Below are positions 17,599 to 26,887 of a stretch of DNA of 64,000 bases, piece after piece. The position numbers and the translations under genes were made by a program. Source of the DNA: Parcubacteria group bacterium Gr01-1014_13. Lineage in GTDB: Bacteria; Patescibacteriota; Patescibacteriia; Magasanikbacterales; GWA2-37-8. Position 1 is the first letter of the stretch. Each line of letters opens with the position of its first letter. The notes under the pieces were generated by a model that was not told where the DNA came from, did no database searches, and saw nothing but the letters and a program-made list of their open reading frames with translations. Where the stretch lies: positions 2,843-66,842 of the forward strand of contig VMGB01000002.1 of assembly GCA_007376295.1 (NCBI GenBank), given 5' to 3'.

Positions 17599-18168
17599 TC
17601 AGAGTCGCCGCCACAAACGGTAAGTGAAGAATAGTGGCGGAATACTGAACAGAAAGAAGCCAAGAGCGTAGAAGATATTGTTGGGAAAGACACTGATGCC
17701 GCTGGGTACTGTTACCTTGTACCCGTCATTCCCGTGATCCAGAAGCGTTTCACGCAACTTGAGTAAGATATTACTCCGCTCCAACTGCGTGGTTTCCGGT
17801 TTCACCTTCTCCAACTCATCGAGAGAAGATTTCAGGTTATTATACCAGAATCCAACATCATCATCTGGAGTATTGTACAGAATGGAAGTGTAGCCTTCCA
17901 TCATCTTGTTCTCTTCGAGATACGAGACAACAATTCTCATTTCCTTCGCAGCCATCTCTACGGTATTTGCATCAGCCGCCCGCTTAATATGATTGCCACA
18001 GTCACGGTCGAACAATACCATCTTAACGACACGCGCCCCGCTCAAAACAAGTAGTGGCAAAAGGACAAGTGTTCCCTTAAACACCCATTTCCAAAGCTTA
18101 TTTCTTGTCTTGGCCTGTTCTTTCTTGATCTCTTCCAGGATGCTTTGTGTCTTTTTACTGTAACTCAT
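17599..18168 (-). CDS. hypothetical membrane-anchored protein (N- and C-terminal hydrophobic segments)
   Basis: RBS GGAGGA 4 nt before the second ATG of ATGATG. An intrinsic terminator (GACCC...GGGTC plus T-tract) follows at about 17540..17585. GC content is somewhat elevated. Confidence 0.5.
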   Translation of the reverse strand: MSYSKKTQSILEEIKKEQAKTRNKLWKWVFKGTLVLLPLLVLSGARVVKMVLFDRDCGNHIKRAADANTVEMAAKEMRIVVSYLEENKMMEGYTSILYNTPDDDVGFWYNNLKSSLDELEKVKPETTQLERSNILLKLRETLLDHGNDGYKVTVPSGISVFPNNIFYALGFFLFSIPPLFFTYRLWRRL

Positions 18169-18267
18169 CATTCCTCCGGTTCGTAGTTGCAGATTCACCT
18201 AAAATTTACTCTAAAAAGACCCTCGTGTCAACAAGATGCTGGGTAAATTTATTACTACTGAAAAGTG

Positions 18268-18339
18268 AGGTCGCGGTGGGAATTGCACCCACGCATAGAG
18301 GTTTTGCAAACCACTGCCTTACTGCTTGGCTACGCGACC
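18268..18339 (-). tRNA. tRNA-Cys (anticodon GCA), with one U-U mismatch in the anticodon stem
   Basis: Acceptor GGTCGCG/CGCGACC, T arm GTGGG-TGCAATT-CCCAC, anticodon loop TTGCAAA, discriminator U73 (a Cys identity element). Confidence 0.7.
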
Positions 18340-18384
18340 ATTTAAGTGATAGAACACTATCACTTATTATAAAATTTTTCAAGC

Positions 18385-19692
18385 CTACTTCACAAATCTA
18401 AACGGATTGGTACGAATATTGTTTACCCAAACCTCAAAGTGCAGGTGGATACCTGTAGGACCGCGTACATTACCAGTGTTACCCATCAAACCGACAGTTT
18501 GTCCGGCGTCAACAAGCTGACCGACATTCACCAACAGTCGGGAATTGTGTCCGTACAAAGTTTTTATTCCACCACCGTGATCTATCACAACTACACAGCC
18601 ATAACCAGAGTTCCAGCCACATTGAGATTTAATGACCACACCCGATTTAACCGCATAGTTCGGAGTAGAAAAGCCCCCGCCAGCAATATCAATACCGCTA
18701 TGCTTCCAAGTAAAGTACTGGGTAACCAAACGAGTCGCAGTCGGCCAAATAAATCCAGAAACAGAAGGTACCTGCCGTGATGATGGCGGTGTGGCAATCC
18801 GGCTAATATTACGCAATGGGACTACATTTAATTTTGTAGGTTGCTTTACTCCATTTGGAACTATGATTTTTTCTCCGATTACCAAATCAGAGCCATCAGC
18901 TTTTAATTTATTGAACTTGATTATGGCTTCTGCAGTAGCGCCATACAGAGTGGCGATTTTTTTGATTGTATCACCTTTCTTTATGACATGAGTCAAACCA
19001 CTAACTGGAAGGATTTTTAATTTATCACCGGGGTGCAAAAAGGAATTCAAACCTAAATTATTTTCCCAAAGAATTGTAGCAATAGTAATCTGGAATTTCT
19101 GCGCGATACTGCCCAAAGAGTCACCGGGCTGTACTTCGTGGGTAATAATTTTATCACGAGTACCACCCGGAGCTTGGCCAGGAAAAATTATTGGTTTTGA
19201 TAAAGCCGACCCACCGGCCACCACGCTACCTAACTCGATATCTTGAATTGAGGTGTAAGAAAATTGATCTGAACTGACTGCGCCCGCTGTCCAAAATGGA
19301 GATGGGGAAGTAAACTGCGTTTCGTCAGCAAAAACTTCCTCTATGGAATAATCTGTATCAGAAGGGGTTAAGCGGTAAGCCAAGGTTTGTTGGCCCGGCA
19401 AACTGACCTCTTTTTTAGCATAAAGCTTGGTTTGGGGCAGGGCTACTATAAATAGAATAAGAAAAACAGCCACTTGCAAATTGTCGCGTTTTACCAGCTG
19501 TCGGTCTAGCCCGGCGGCACTGATTATTTTTTTGAAAAAATACTCAGTCTTGTAATGAATAAAGCCGATTAAACGCCAGCCAGGAGCGAATATTTTGGCT
19601 AAAACAAAAAGACTTTTGGCGCCTAACCACCAAAAAAATCTTTTTACGTATATCAGGACTCGCAGCGTTTTAAGCAGTATTTTATAACGCAT
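18385..19692 (-). CDS. M23 family metallopeptidase with two LysM domains (cell-wall hydrolase)
   Basis: LysM repeats (GDSLGSIAQKF, GDTIKKIATLYG). C-terminal M23 motifs (HxxxD ... GNTGNVRGPTGIHLHFEV). Confidence 0.85.
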   Translation of the reverse strand: MRYKILLKTLRVLIYVKRFFWWLGAKSLFVLAKIFAPGWRLIGFIHYKTEYFFKKIISAAGLDRQLVKRDNLQVAVFLILFIVALPQTKLYAKKEVSLPGQQTLAYRLTPSDTDYSIEEVFADETQFTSPSPFWTAGAVSSDQFSYTSIQDIELGSVVAGGSALSKPIIFPGQAPGGTRDKIITHEVQPGDSLGSIAQKFQITIATILWENNLGLNSFLHPGDKLKILPVSGLTHVIKKGDTIKKIATLYGATAEAIIKFNKLKADGSDLVIGEKIIVPNGVKQPTKLNVVPLRNISRIATPPSSRQVPSVSGFIWPTATRLVTQYFTWKHSGIDIAGGGFSTPNYAVKSGVVIKSQCGWNSGYGCVVVIDHGGGIKTLYGHNSRLLVNVGQLVDAGQTVGLMGNTGNVRGPTGIHLHFEVWVNNIRTNPFRFVK

Positions 19693-19697
19693 ATAGC

Positions 19698-19726
19698 TTG
19701 ACGTAAAAGCTATATTAGCATATCAT
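19698..19726 (+). promoter_or_regulatory. promoter TTGACG-17-TATCAT upstream of hppA
   Basis: Spacing and hexamers close to consensus, about 80 nt upstream of the ATG at 19808. Confidence 0.45.
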
Positions 19727-19807
19727 ATTGATTAAAACAACCTGGCTTTTGGGCTTTTTAAAGACTCAAACCGGGGCAAAATATCTAATTTTTAAATCAA
19801 ACAACGT

Positions 19808-21793
19808 ATGACCGTTTTTTTATACGCGATATTGCCAGCTCTTTTGGCAATAATTTATGGAGTAGTTTTAATTACCTGGATAAACAGACAACCAAATGGC
19901 GATGACCGCATGAAGTCTATTGCCAAGGCTATCCAAGAAGGCGCCAAAGCCTATTTGGGACGACAATACAAAACAATTGCGATCGTAGCTGCAGCCGTCT
20001 TTGTAGTGTTATGGTTAACCGTAGGATCGCTCACAGCGCTTGGTTTCTTGACTGGCGCGTTTTTATCTGGTCTAGCGGGAGTTATTGGCATGAACGTTTC
20101 TGTACGCGCTAATATCAAAACTGCTGAAGCTGCCAAAAAAGGATTAAAAGAAGCTTTGAATGTGGCTGTTCGCGGCGGAGCCACCACTGGTTTATTCGTT
20201 GTCGGTTTGGGATTACTCGGTGTAGCTGGTTTTTATTTACTAACAAAAGATTTATCCGCTCTAATCGGTCTGGCATTTGGCGGCAGTTTGATTTCAATTT
20301 TTGCCAGAATCGGCGGCGGTATATTTACTAAAGCGGCTGACGTGGGCGCAGATTTAGTAGGTAAAGTAGAAAAAGGAATTCCTGAAGATGATCCACGCAA
20401 CCCAGCTGTGATTGCTGACAATGTCGGAGACAATGTTGGTGACTGTGCTGGCATGGCGGCAGATTTATTTGAAACATACGCAGTGACTGCTATTGCCACT
20501 ATGGTACTTGGCGGATTAATTTTTGTGGGCAATGAAAAAGTTGTTATCTATCCTTTAGTTTTGGGCGGCGTATCAATTATTGCTTCCATCTTGGGAACTT
20601 TCTTCATCCGCTTGGGCAAAACTCAACACATCATGAATTCTTTATACAAAGGTTTGGCTGCTTCCGGAATTCTTGCTCTCATCGCTTTTTATCCAGTGAC
20701 CAAATGGCTCATGACCGGACTTGATGGATACAGTGTGAACAAAATTTATCTTGCTTCTGTAATTGGTTTGGTTCTGGCCGCCGTTATGGTTTGGATTACT
20801 GAATATTATACTTCTACTGAATACGCTCCGGTAAAACAGATTGCCAAGGCGAGTGAAACTGGCCACGGCACTAATGTTATTTCCGGTTTGGCAGTATCAA
20901 TGAAATCTACCGCTTGGCCGACATTCTTTATAGTTGCCGCAATTTTATCTACTTACTGGCTAGCTGGATTATACGGCGTAGCTGTCGCAGCTATGAGCAT
21001 GCTATCTCTGGCTGGAATTATCGTTACTATTGATGCTTACGGACCAATCACTGACAATGCTGGCGGTATTGCTGAAATGAGTGAACTACCAGAAAATGTC
21101 CGTGAAATTACTGATAAATTAGATGCGGTTGGCAACACTACTAAAGCTGTTACTAAAGGTTACGCTATTGCCTCTGCCGCTCTTGCCTCCCTCGTTCTCT
21201 TTGCCGATTACACTCACAAACTTCCAGATACAGTAAAATTCCTAATTAATGATCCAAAAGTTTTAGCCGGATTATTTATCGGCGGTTTGCTTCCATATCT
21301 ATTTGGTTCCATGCTTATGGAATCAGTTGGAAAAGTTGCGGGAAAAGTTGTAGAAGAAGTACGCCGACAATTTAGAGAAATTCCAGGAATTATGGAAAGA
21401 ACTGCCAAGCCAGATTACGGCAAGGCGGTAGACATCGTAACCAAAGGCGCGATTGGCCAAATGATTTTACCAGCCACTATCCCTGTTTTAGCTCCGGTAC
21501 TAGTTGGTTGGATTTTGGGTGTAGAAGCTTTAGGCGGATTACTTCTTGGAACTATCATCACCGGATTATTCGTGGCCATTTCTATGACTACCGGCGGCGG
21601 CGCTTGGGATAACGCAAAGAAATATATTGAAAAAGGAAATTACGGCGGCAAGGGATCTTTTGCTCACCAAGCTGCAGTTACTGGAGATACCGTTGGTGAC
21701 CCATACAAAGATACTGCTGGTCCGGCTATTAACCCAATGATTAAAGTTGCCAACATTGTCGCTTTATTGATTGTAGGGTTGTTGATTAGATAA
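19808..21793 (+). CDS. hppA: membrane-bound proton/sodium-translocating pyrophosphatase
   Basis: 661 aa, about 15 TM helices. Conserved [21 protein letters not shown] and [14 protein letters not shown] motifs. Confidence 0.95.
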   Translation: MTVFLYAILPALLAIIYGVVLITWINRQPNGDDRMKSIAKAIQEGAKAYLGRQYKTIAIVAAAVFVVLWLTVGSLTALGFLTGAFLSGLAGVIGMNVSVRANIKTAEAAKKGLKEALNVAVRGGATTGLFVVGLGLLGVAGFYLLTKDLSALIGLAFGGSLISIFARIGGGIFTKAADVGADLVGKVEKGIPEDDPRNPAVIADNVGDNVGDCAGMAADLFETYAVTAIATMVLGGLIFVGNEKVVIYPLVLGGVSIIASILGTFFIRLGKTQHIMNSLYKGLAASGILALIAFYPVTKWLMTGLDGYSVNKIYLASVIGLVLAAVMVWITEYYTSTEYAPVKQIAKASETGHGTNVISGLAVSMKSTAWPTFFIVAAILSTYWLAGLYGVAVAAMSMLSLAGIIVTIDAYGPITDNAGGIAEMSELPENVREITDKLDAVGNTTKAVTKGYAIASAALASLVLFADYTHKLPDTVKFLINDPKVLAGLFIGGLLPYLFGSMLMESVGKVAGKVVEEVRRQFREIPGIMERTAKPDYGKAVDIVTKGAIGQMILPATIPVLAPVLVGWILGVEALGGLLLGTIITGLFVAISMTTGGGAWDNAKKYIEKGNYGGKGSFAHQAAVTGDTVGDPYKDTAGPAINPMIKVANIVALLIVGLLIR

Positions 21794-21811
21794 AATATTA
21801 TATTAAAAACA

Positions 21812-21843
21812 AAAGAAGGTCGTTAACAGCGATCTTCTTTTTA
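21812..21843 (+). terminator. intrinsic terminator after hppA
   Basis: GAAGGTCG-TTAACA-GCGATCTTC hairpin plus TTTTT. Confidence 0.6.
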
Positions 21844-21914
21844 ATTTGCCAACAATACAAGCCATTGACTTTGTCTAATAAAAATGATAGTGTCCTCCTC
21901 ATAGGAGGTTTCAA

Positions 21915-22352
21915 ATGCAAATCGACGTGGAAGTGGAAATAGAACAAACTCCACCAAGTAAACTGTACTTTGGCAAAATCCTCATCAAAATTGAGGAATG
22001 TCGATTTTCCAAAAATTTTACATTCACAATTGACGGTAATAAAGAAGATGGCACTAGGCATCTAACTATCCGAAAAGGGTTAGAAAAAGATAGTGAGACT
22101 GTGTTGAATATTACTACGGCCGCAATCAAAACCGGAGTTCTTTCAACTTTATCAGAGAAGCAACTCACGATGTACGAAATAACTTTTCCAGTAATACAGC
22201 GAGCACTTTTGAACCTAGCTGAGGAGCACTACAAACCTCCTCGCTATATATTGTTGGGTAAAAAATACGAAGCAACGGCAGAATGCAAAGTCACTGCAAA
22301 CAACAAAAGTGACATCAAGCGTATCTTGCATGATCTAGAAATATCAGCCTAA
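21915..22352 (+). CDS. hypothetical protein (145 aa)
   Basis: Strong RBS AGGAGG 6 nt upstream. No recognisable domain. Confidence 0.5.
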   Translation: MQIDVEVEIEQTPPSKLYFGKILIKIEECRFSKNFTFTIDGNKEDGTRHLTIRKGLEKDSETVLNITTAAIKTGVLSTLSEKQLTMYEITFPVIQRALLNLAEEHYKPPRYILLGKKYEATAECKVTANNKSDIKRILHDLEISA

Positions 22353-22362
22353 ACTTTGGCCA

Positions 22363-22397
22363 GGCCGTCACGATCAAATCGAGACGGTTTTTATTTT
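22363..22397 (+). terminator. intrinsic terminator, copy 1 of a duplicated about 36-nt terminator element
   Basis: GGCCGTCACGATCAAATCGAGACGGTTTTTATTTT. The near-identical copy is at 22981..23017. Confidence 0.6.
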
Positions 22398-22490
22398 ACA
22401 ACTTAATATTTTTAATATCAACGCTGCGGACTTATTGATTATCTCTCCGTTATATGCTAGGGTAAATCCACACACAAAGGAGTGTGGCTC

Positions 22491-22730
22491 ATGCCAACAA
22501 TCAAAGTCAAAATGAATGACACGCAATTTAAAAACGCGATGGCTATAATTGAGGCTTGGGAAAAAGATCCAAAATATTCCGGTCTAATAGAGGTTCTGGA
22601 CACTCCCGATGAGGAGAGACACAAGGATATCGAAACGACTTTGCTAAAGGTAAGCGGCGGAATTACCTACGATATCTGGAATGAGTTTTGCCGCCACCTA
22701 AGAATGAAGATTCCGTTCCCCATTAATTAG
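22491..22730 (+). CDS. small hypothetical protein, paralog 1 of a tandem pair (MPTIKVKM...WNEFC)
   Basis: RBS AAGGAG. Clearly alignable to the next ORF (MPKIAKVKM...DP+..GLI...W NEFC). Confidence 0.5.
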   Translation: MPTIKVKMNDTQFKNAMAIIEAWEKDPKYSGLIEVLDTPDEERHKDIETTLLKVSGGITYDIWNEFCRHLRMKIPFPIN

Positions 22731-22747
22731 GAATAAGGAGCAATGTC

Positions 22748-22972
22748 ATGCCAAAAATTGCAAAAGTCAAAATGACCGCAAATCAGGTGGGTGTAGCTCT
22801 AGACATACTTCGCGATTGGAACCAAGACCCAAAACGTAAAGGTCTAATAAAGATTATAGCGGAAACCTTGGATAAATTTGTCTGGATTCAAGCAAGCAGC
22901 GATATTACCGAGGAACTGTGGAATGAATTCTGCGCGCAAGTGGAAATTCAAGGCCCCGTCACATGGCATTAG
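22748..22972 (+). CDS. small hypothetical protein, paralog 2 of the tandem pair
   Basis: RBS AAGGAG. 74 aa. Conserved blocks shared with 22491..22730. Confidence 0.5.
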   Translation: MPKIAKVKMTANQVGVALDILRDWNQDPKRKGLIKIIAETLDKFVWIQASSDITEELWNEFCAQVEIQGPVTWH

Positions 22973-22980
22973 GAGGCAGC

Positions 22981-23017
22981 GGCCGTCATGATAAAATCGA
23001 GACGGCTTTTTTATTTC
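22981..23017 (+). terminator. intrinsic terminator, copy 2 of the duplicated element
   Basis: GGCCGTCATGATAAAATCGAGACGGCTTTTTTATTTC. Confidence 0.6.
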
Positions 23018-23027
23018 TCATCCACCA

Positions 23028-23056
23028 TTGACAATTGCCTAGTTTTATACTATACT
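23028..23056 (+). promoter_or_regulatory. promoter TTGACA-17-TATACT
   Basis: Precedes RBS GGAG and the ATG at 23090. Confidence 0.55.
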
Positions 23057-23089
23057 CCGACCGAACAACCGAAACAAAACAGGAGAACC

Positions 23090-23524
23090 ATGTCTCTACT
23101 ATGTGGCGTCTGCAAGTATGATATTCGTGAAGGCTATGGACTTATCTATGGCCTACAGCGTAGTAAAGATGGCGATATCATCCTTCCCGACATGAAAAAT
23201 GATATCGTGCCGCCAAATTGTGCGGTGTGCGACGGGTGTTTTGGGAGGGTACCGGAGGGTATCGTTGGGCCAGTAACTTCTGCCCAAGATCTGACAAAGA
23301 TGGATGACCCCATCTATGTCTATGCAAAAGCAAGTAGTGGCACTGGCATGTTTGGTGCCAGGGAATGGAGTAGTATCCAGGCCGACGACAACAATCTTCG
23401 TCCTGTACAGGCGGCGTGGCTCAAACAAAATTTTGCTTTCCTTGCTAAAATTATTGCCAACATGGCAAAGAACAAGGAAGAACCGATGGAAATTCGGGTT
23501 GGAGTTGTTACCACAAAAGCCTAA
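23090..23524 (+). CDS. hypothetical protein with an N-terminal CxxC...CxxC zinc-ribbon
   Basis: Internal Met start with RBS AGGAGAA. CGVCKYD ... CAVCDGC. Confidence 0.5.
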   Translation: MSLLCGVCKYDIREGYGLIYGLQRSKDGDIILPDMKNDIVPPNCAVCDGCFGRVPEGIVGPVTSAQDLTKMDDPIYVYAKASSGTGMFGAREWSSIQADDNNLRPVQAAWLKQNFAFLAKIIANMAKNKEEPMEIRVGVVTTKA

Positions 23525-23585
23525 GTATAGAAATATGCTCATGGCAGGCTACTAGCGACAATGTCGTAAGTAGCCTTTTTTATTT

Positions 23586-23626
23586 TAATTAAAAAACCCC
23601 AAGTAGAAAATTATTCTACTTGGGGC
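23586..23626 (-). terminator. 12-bp perfect hairpin terminator (bidirectional) after the minus-strand small membrane gene
   Basis: CCCCAAGTAGAA-AATTA-TTCTACTTGGGG flanked by A-run/T-run. Confidence 0.65.
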
Positions 23627-23646
23627 CAGATACAAGACAAAAATTT

Positions 23647-23859
23647 TTAGTCCCCCCAATACATTTGACGATCCCGAAGATACTTCAAATTCTTATAGTT
23701 CTTAACTGTAAAAAATACAGATATGATTACCATCAATGAAAGCACAAAGACTTTCATCCACTCTTCCTGAAACGCATTTAATACAACGAAACTGCTAAGA
23801 AGAATGATGCCAAAAATACTGAACATAATAACCAGACTAACTGAGGTGGTGGGCTTCAT
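23647..23859 (-). CDS. small two-TM membrane protein (about 70 aa)
   Basis: RBS AAAGGAG before the internal Met at 23859. Hydrophobic. Confidence 0.45.
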   Translation of the reverse strand: MKPTTSVSLVIMFSIFGIILLSSFVVLNAFQEEWMKVFVLSLMVIISVFFTVKNYKNLKYLRDRQMYWGD

Positions 23860-23967
23860 TTTCTTTCTCCTTTGAACCACACTATCACATATAAACCCCA
23901 AAGTCAATGCTTGACATTTCGCTATTTTTCAATTAAAATTAGCGGGTATTAAATACTATATAACTAT

Positions 23968-25254
23968 ATGAAATACGAAGTAAAACCAATGGAAAAATCA
24001 CAAGTAGAACTGACTATTACTGTCGAGCCTGATGACTACAAAAAAGAAATGGATGCTGCCGCTGTCCGCATCTCCGAACGAGCCGCTATCAAAGGCTTCC
24101 GCCCAGGTAAAGCCACCTATGACACCGTCAAACAACAGGTTGGCGAAATCCGCATCATTGAAGAAGCTATGCAAAGCATTGTGGAAAAGAACTTTTTTGA
24201 TGCTGTTAAAAAAGAAGGGCTAGACACCGTAGGCATGCCGCAAATTACCATTACTAAAGTAGCTCCGGGCAATGCATTAGAATTTAAAGCGGTTGTTGGC
24301 TTGTTGCCAAAAATTAAACTGGGTGATTTTAGTTCAGTAAAAGTAAAACACCAAGCCAAAGAAATTTCCGACAAAGACGTGGATGCTGTTTTGAATGATT
24401 TGAAAAAAATGCAGACCAAAGAAATTTTAAAAAATGGCGCTGCTACCAAAGAAGATAAGCTGGTGGTAAATTTAGAAATGTTTTTGGATAAAGTACCAGT
24501 CGATGGCGGCCAAGCTCCGAACCACCAAGTATATCTAAACGAACCTCACTATATCCCCGGCCTCGCCGAACAATTAATCGGTGTAAAAAAAGACGACATC
24601 CGTGAATTTAACTTAAAATTCCCTAAAGATCATTACCAAAAAAATTTAGCTGGTAAAGACATTGATTTTAAAGTAAAAATCAATGATGTTTTTGAGTTAC
24701 AACATCCCGCCTTGGACGACGAATTTGCCAAATCTCTGGGACAGGAAAGTATGGAAAAATTAAAAAATGTTTTGCGAGAAAATTTAATTGCTGATGCTAA
24801 ACACAAGGATGATCAGAAGATAGAGATAGAAATTTTGGACAATCTGATTGAATCCAGCGAGATCAGCGAAGTGCCAGACGTTCTTATCAATGCCGAAAAA
24901 AATAAAATCTTCCATGAGTTGAAAAATAGTCTTGGCTCCCAAGGTATAGAAATGGAACAATACCTAAAAGATCTAAAAAAATCCGAAGAAGATATCTACA
25001 AAGACTTTACCGAACAGGCTTTGCGCCGGGTAAAGGCTGCCTTAGTGTCCCGCCAAGTGGCTTTGGAAAACAAAATTGAAGCAGACAAAAAAGATATTGA
25101 GGAAGAAGTAAAAATGATTAAAGCCGCTTATCCAGACAACAAAAATGTAGAAGAAAATCTCAAGAAACCGGAGGTTATGGAAACTCTGGCTCTTACCATT
25201 CAAAACCGCAAAGTTCTTAGCTTCTTAAAAGAAAAAATCTTAGATAAAAAGTAA
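23968..25254 (+). CDS. tig: trigger factor
   Basis: 428 aa. N-terminal ribosome-binding domain with the GFRPGK motif. Central FKBP-like and C-terminal helical arm. Confidence 0.9.
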   Translation: MKYEVKPMEKSQVELTITVEPDDYKKEMDAAAVRISERAAIKGFRPGKATYDTVKQQVGEIRIIEEAMQSIVEKNFFDAVKKEGLDTVGMPQITITKVAPGNALEFKAVVGLLPKIKLGDFSSVKVKHQAKEISDKDVDAVLNDLKKMQTKEILKNGAATKEDKLVVNLEMFLDKVPVDGGQAPNHQVYLNEPHYIPGLAEQLIGVKKDDIREFNLKFPKDHYQKNLAGKDIDFKVKINDVFELQHPALDDEFAKSLGQESMEKLKNVLRENLIADAKHKDDQKIEIEILDNLIESSEISEVPDVLINAEKNKIFHELKNSLGSQGIEMEQYLKDLKKSEEDIYKDFTEQALRRVKAALVSRQVALENKIEADKKDIEEEVKMIKAAYPDNKNVEENLKKPEVMETLALTIQNRKVLSFLKEKILDKK

Positions 25255-25325
25255 TACTGATTGGAAATAAAAATGTCCTGCCCGATAAATATCGAACAGG
25301 ACGCCTACGCCCTCCCCTCAACCAA

Positions 25326-25541
25326 CTAACTGCTGCTGAAATCCTTGTTATCGTCCCGTTTCTGTTCTCGCTCTTCCAGAATCATTTCGAGCGTCTCCTC
25401 TTCTTCTCGAGGAGAGCCCTCCTTTGCGTATAGTTTTGCCAGATTGGCAAAAAAATTATCCTCATGACAGTCATTACAGATGTCTGGATTGTCACTGTCG
25501 CTGGGCCTGAAGCGCACCTGACAACACTTGCATATTTGCAT
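25326..25541 (-). CDS. small zinc-ribbon protein (paralog of the 25559..25849 gene)
   Basis: MQICKCCQVRF...C..C N-terminus parallels MIQCKRCSLCF...C..C of the upstream ORF. Confidence 0.4.
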   Translation of the reverse strand: MQICKCCQVRFRPSDSDNPDICNDCHEDNFFANLAKLYAKEGSPREEEETLEMILEEREQKRDDNKDFSSS

Positions 25542-25558
25542 TCTTTTTCCTCCTATCC

Positions 25559-25849
25559 TTACTCTTCTACGGGGCTTTGTTTGAACCACGCCGCTTCTTC
25601 AGGAGACAACGACCCCCAGCCAACGTCGAAGCCTTCATTAGGAGATCGTGGAAGAGAAATCACGACTTCTTTTTTGGGCCTTTCGGGCAACACGACCTTG
25701 CTTGGCTTGTAATCTTTGTGCACTTCCGCCAATAAGCGGCTCAAGCCTGGTCTCTCCTTAAGACAGCTGTTGCAGACGACCTGGCTAATATTGCTAGGTT
25801 CGAAACAAAGGCTGCAACGCTTGCACTGGATCATGCAGATAGTAATCAA
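25559..25849 (-). CDS. small zinc-ribbon protein
   Basis: Four-Cys N-terminus. Paralog of 25326..25541. Confidence 0.4.
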   Translation of the reverse strand: MITICMIQCKRCSLCFEPSNISQVVCNSCLKERPGLSRLLAEVHKDYKPSKVVLPERPKKEVVISLPRSPNEGFDVGWGSLSPEEAAWFKQSPVEE

Positions 25850-25930
25850 AACAACGCTCCCTGGTTATGGTCTGCAAAATTACAGACGGGAACATTTATA
25901 CCACAGGTACTCCAGGTTGTCAAGATAACT

Positions 25931-25959
25931 TTGACGATAAAATTTTTAAATACTATAAT
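25931..25959 (+). promoter_or_regulatory. promoter TTGACG-17-TATAAT upstream of nfo
   Basis: Near-consensus hexamers with 17-nt spacing, 30 nt upstream of the ATG. Confidence 0.55.
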
Positions 25960-25988
25960 CTATATATCGTAATATTTTAAATATTTTT

Positions 25989-26819
25989 ATGTATTTTGGA
26001 GCTCATATATCTATTGCCGGCGGTTTGCCTAATGCGCCGCTAAACGCAGCCAAAATTGGCTGTGAAGTTTTTCAGATGTTTACTCGTTCTCCCCGTGGCG
26101 GCTGGGTAGCTCCGCTAGATGAAGCCATTGCCAAACAGTTTAAAGATAATTGTAAAGAAAAAAACCAAAAAGAATGGGTCATCCACGCCCCGTATTTTAT
26201 AAACTTCTCTTCTGCCAACCCAAAAATTAAGCATGGCTCAATTTCCGTAATCCGCCAGGAACTTGAACGCGGCACTATGCTCGGCGCCGCTTACCTTATG
26301 ACCCACCTGGGCAGCTACAAAGACTTAGGACCAGAAAAAGGATTTAAAGCCTTAATAGACGGCCTGGCAGAATCAATCAAAGGTTACAAAGGCACTACAC
26401 AACTGCTAGTAGAAATTTCTGCGGGCTCCAGCAATGCTATTGGCAGTACATTTGAAGAATTAGGAAAAATTGTTCACCATCCCAAATTAAAAAACAAGGT
26501 TGGTGTCTGTTATGACACCCAGCATGGCTTTGTCGCTGGCTATGATTGCCGCACTCCCCAATCTGCCAAGGCCACTTTAGATAAATTTGACCAGGAAATT
26601 GGTCTGGAATATTTCAAAATGTCTCATTGTAATGATTCCAAAACTGATTTTGGCTCTCATGCCGATAGGCACGACCATATTGGTGATGGCAAAATTGGCT
26701 TGGGCGGATTTAAGTCTCTGTTAGCAGACAAAAGACTCGCTAAAGTTAACTTTATTCTGGAGACCGAAGACGACAAGGTTGTACAGGATTTGGAAATATT
26801 GAAAAAAATAAGGGGATAA
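25989..26819 (+). CDS. nfo: endonuclease IV (AP endonuclease family 2)
   Basis: MYFGAHISIAGG...HAPYFINF...THLGSY blocks of the TIM-barrel Nfo family. Confidence 0.9.
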   Translation: MYFGAHISIAGGLPNAPLNAAKIGCEVFQMFTRSPRGGWVAPLDEAIAKQFKDNCKEKNQKEWVIHAPYFINFSSANPKIKHGSISVIRQELERGTMLGAAYLMTHLGSYKDLGPEKGFKALIDGLAESIKGYKGTTQLLVEISAGSSNAIGSTFEELGKIVHHPKLKNKVGVCYDTQHGFVAGYDCRTPQSAKATLDKFDQEIGLEYFKMSHCNDSKTDFGSHADRHDHIGDGKIGLGGFKSLLADKRLAKVNFILETEDDKVVQDLEILKKIRG

Positions 26820-26887
26820 ATAAATGACAACATTTTTGTCTTGTAGTAAAATATAATTACTGCGATTTTAATTTAAACTTCTGTATT

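Noticed and set aside
18147-18401. Track ORF 18147..18401(+).
   Set aside because: Overlaps the minus-strand tRNA-Cys and its flanks.
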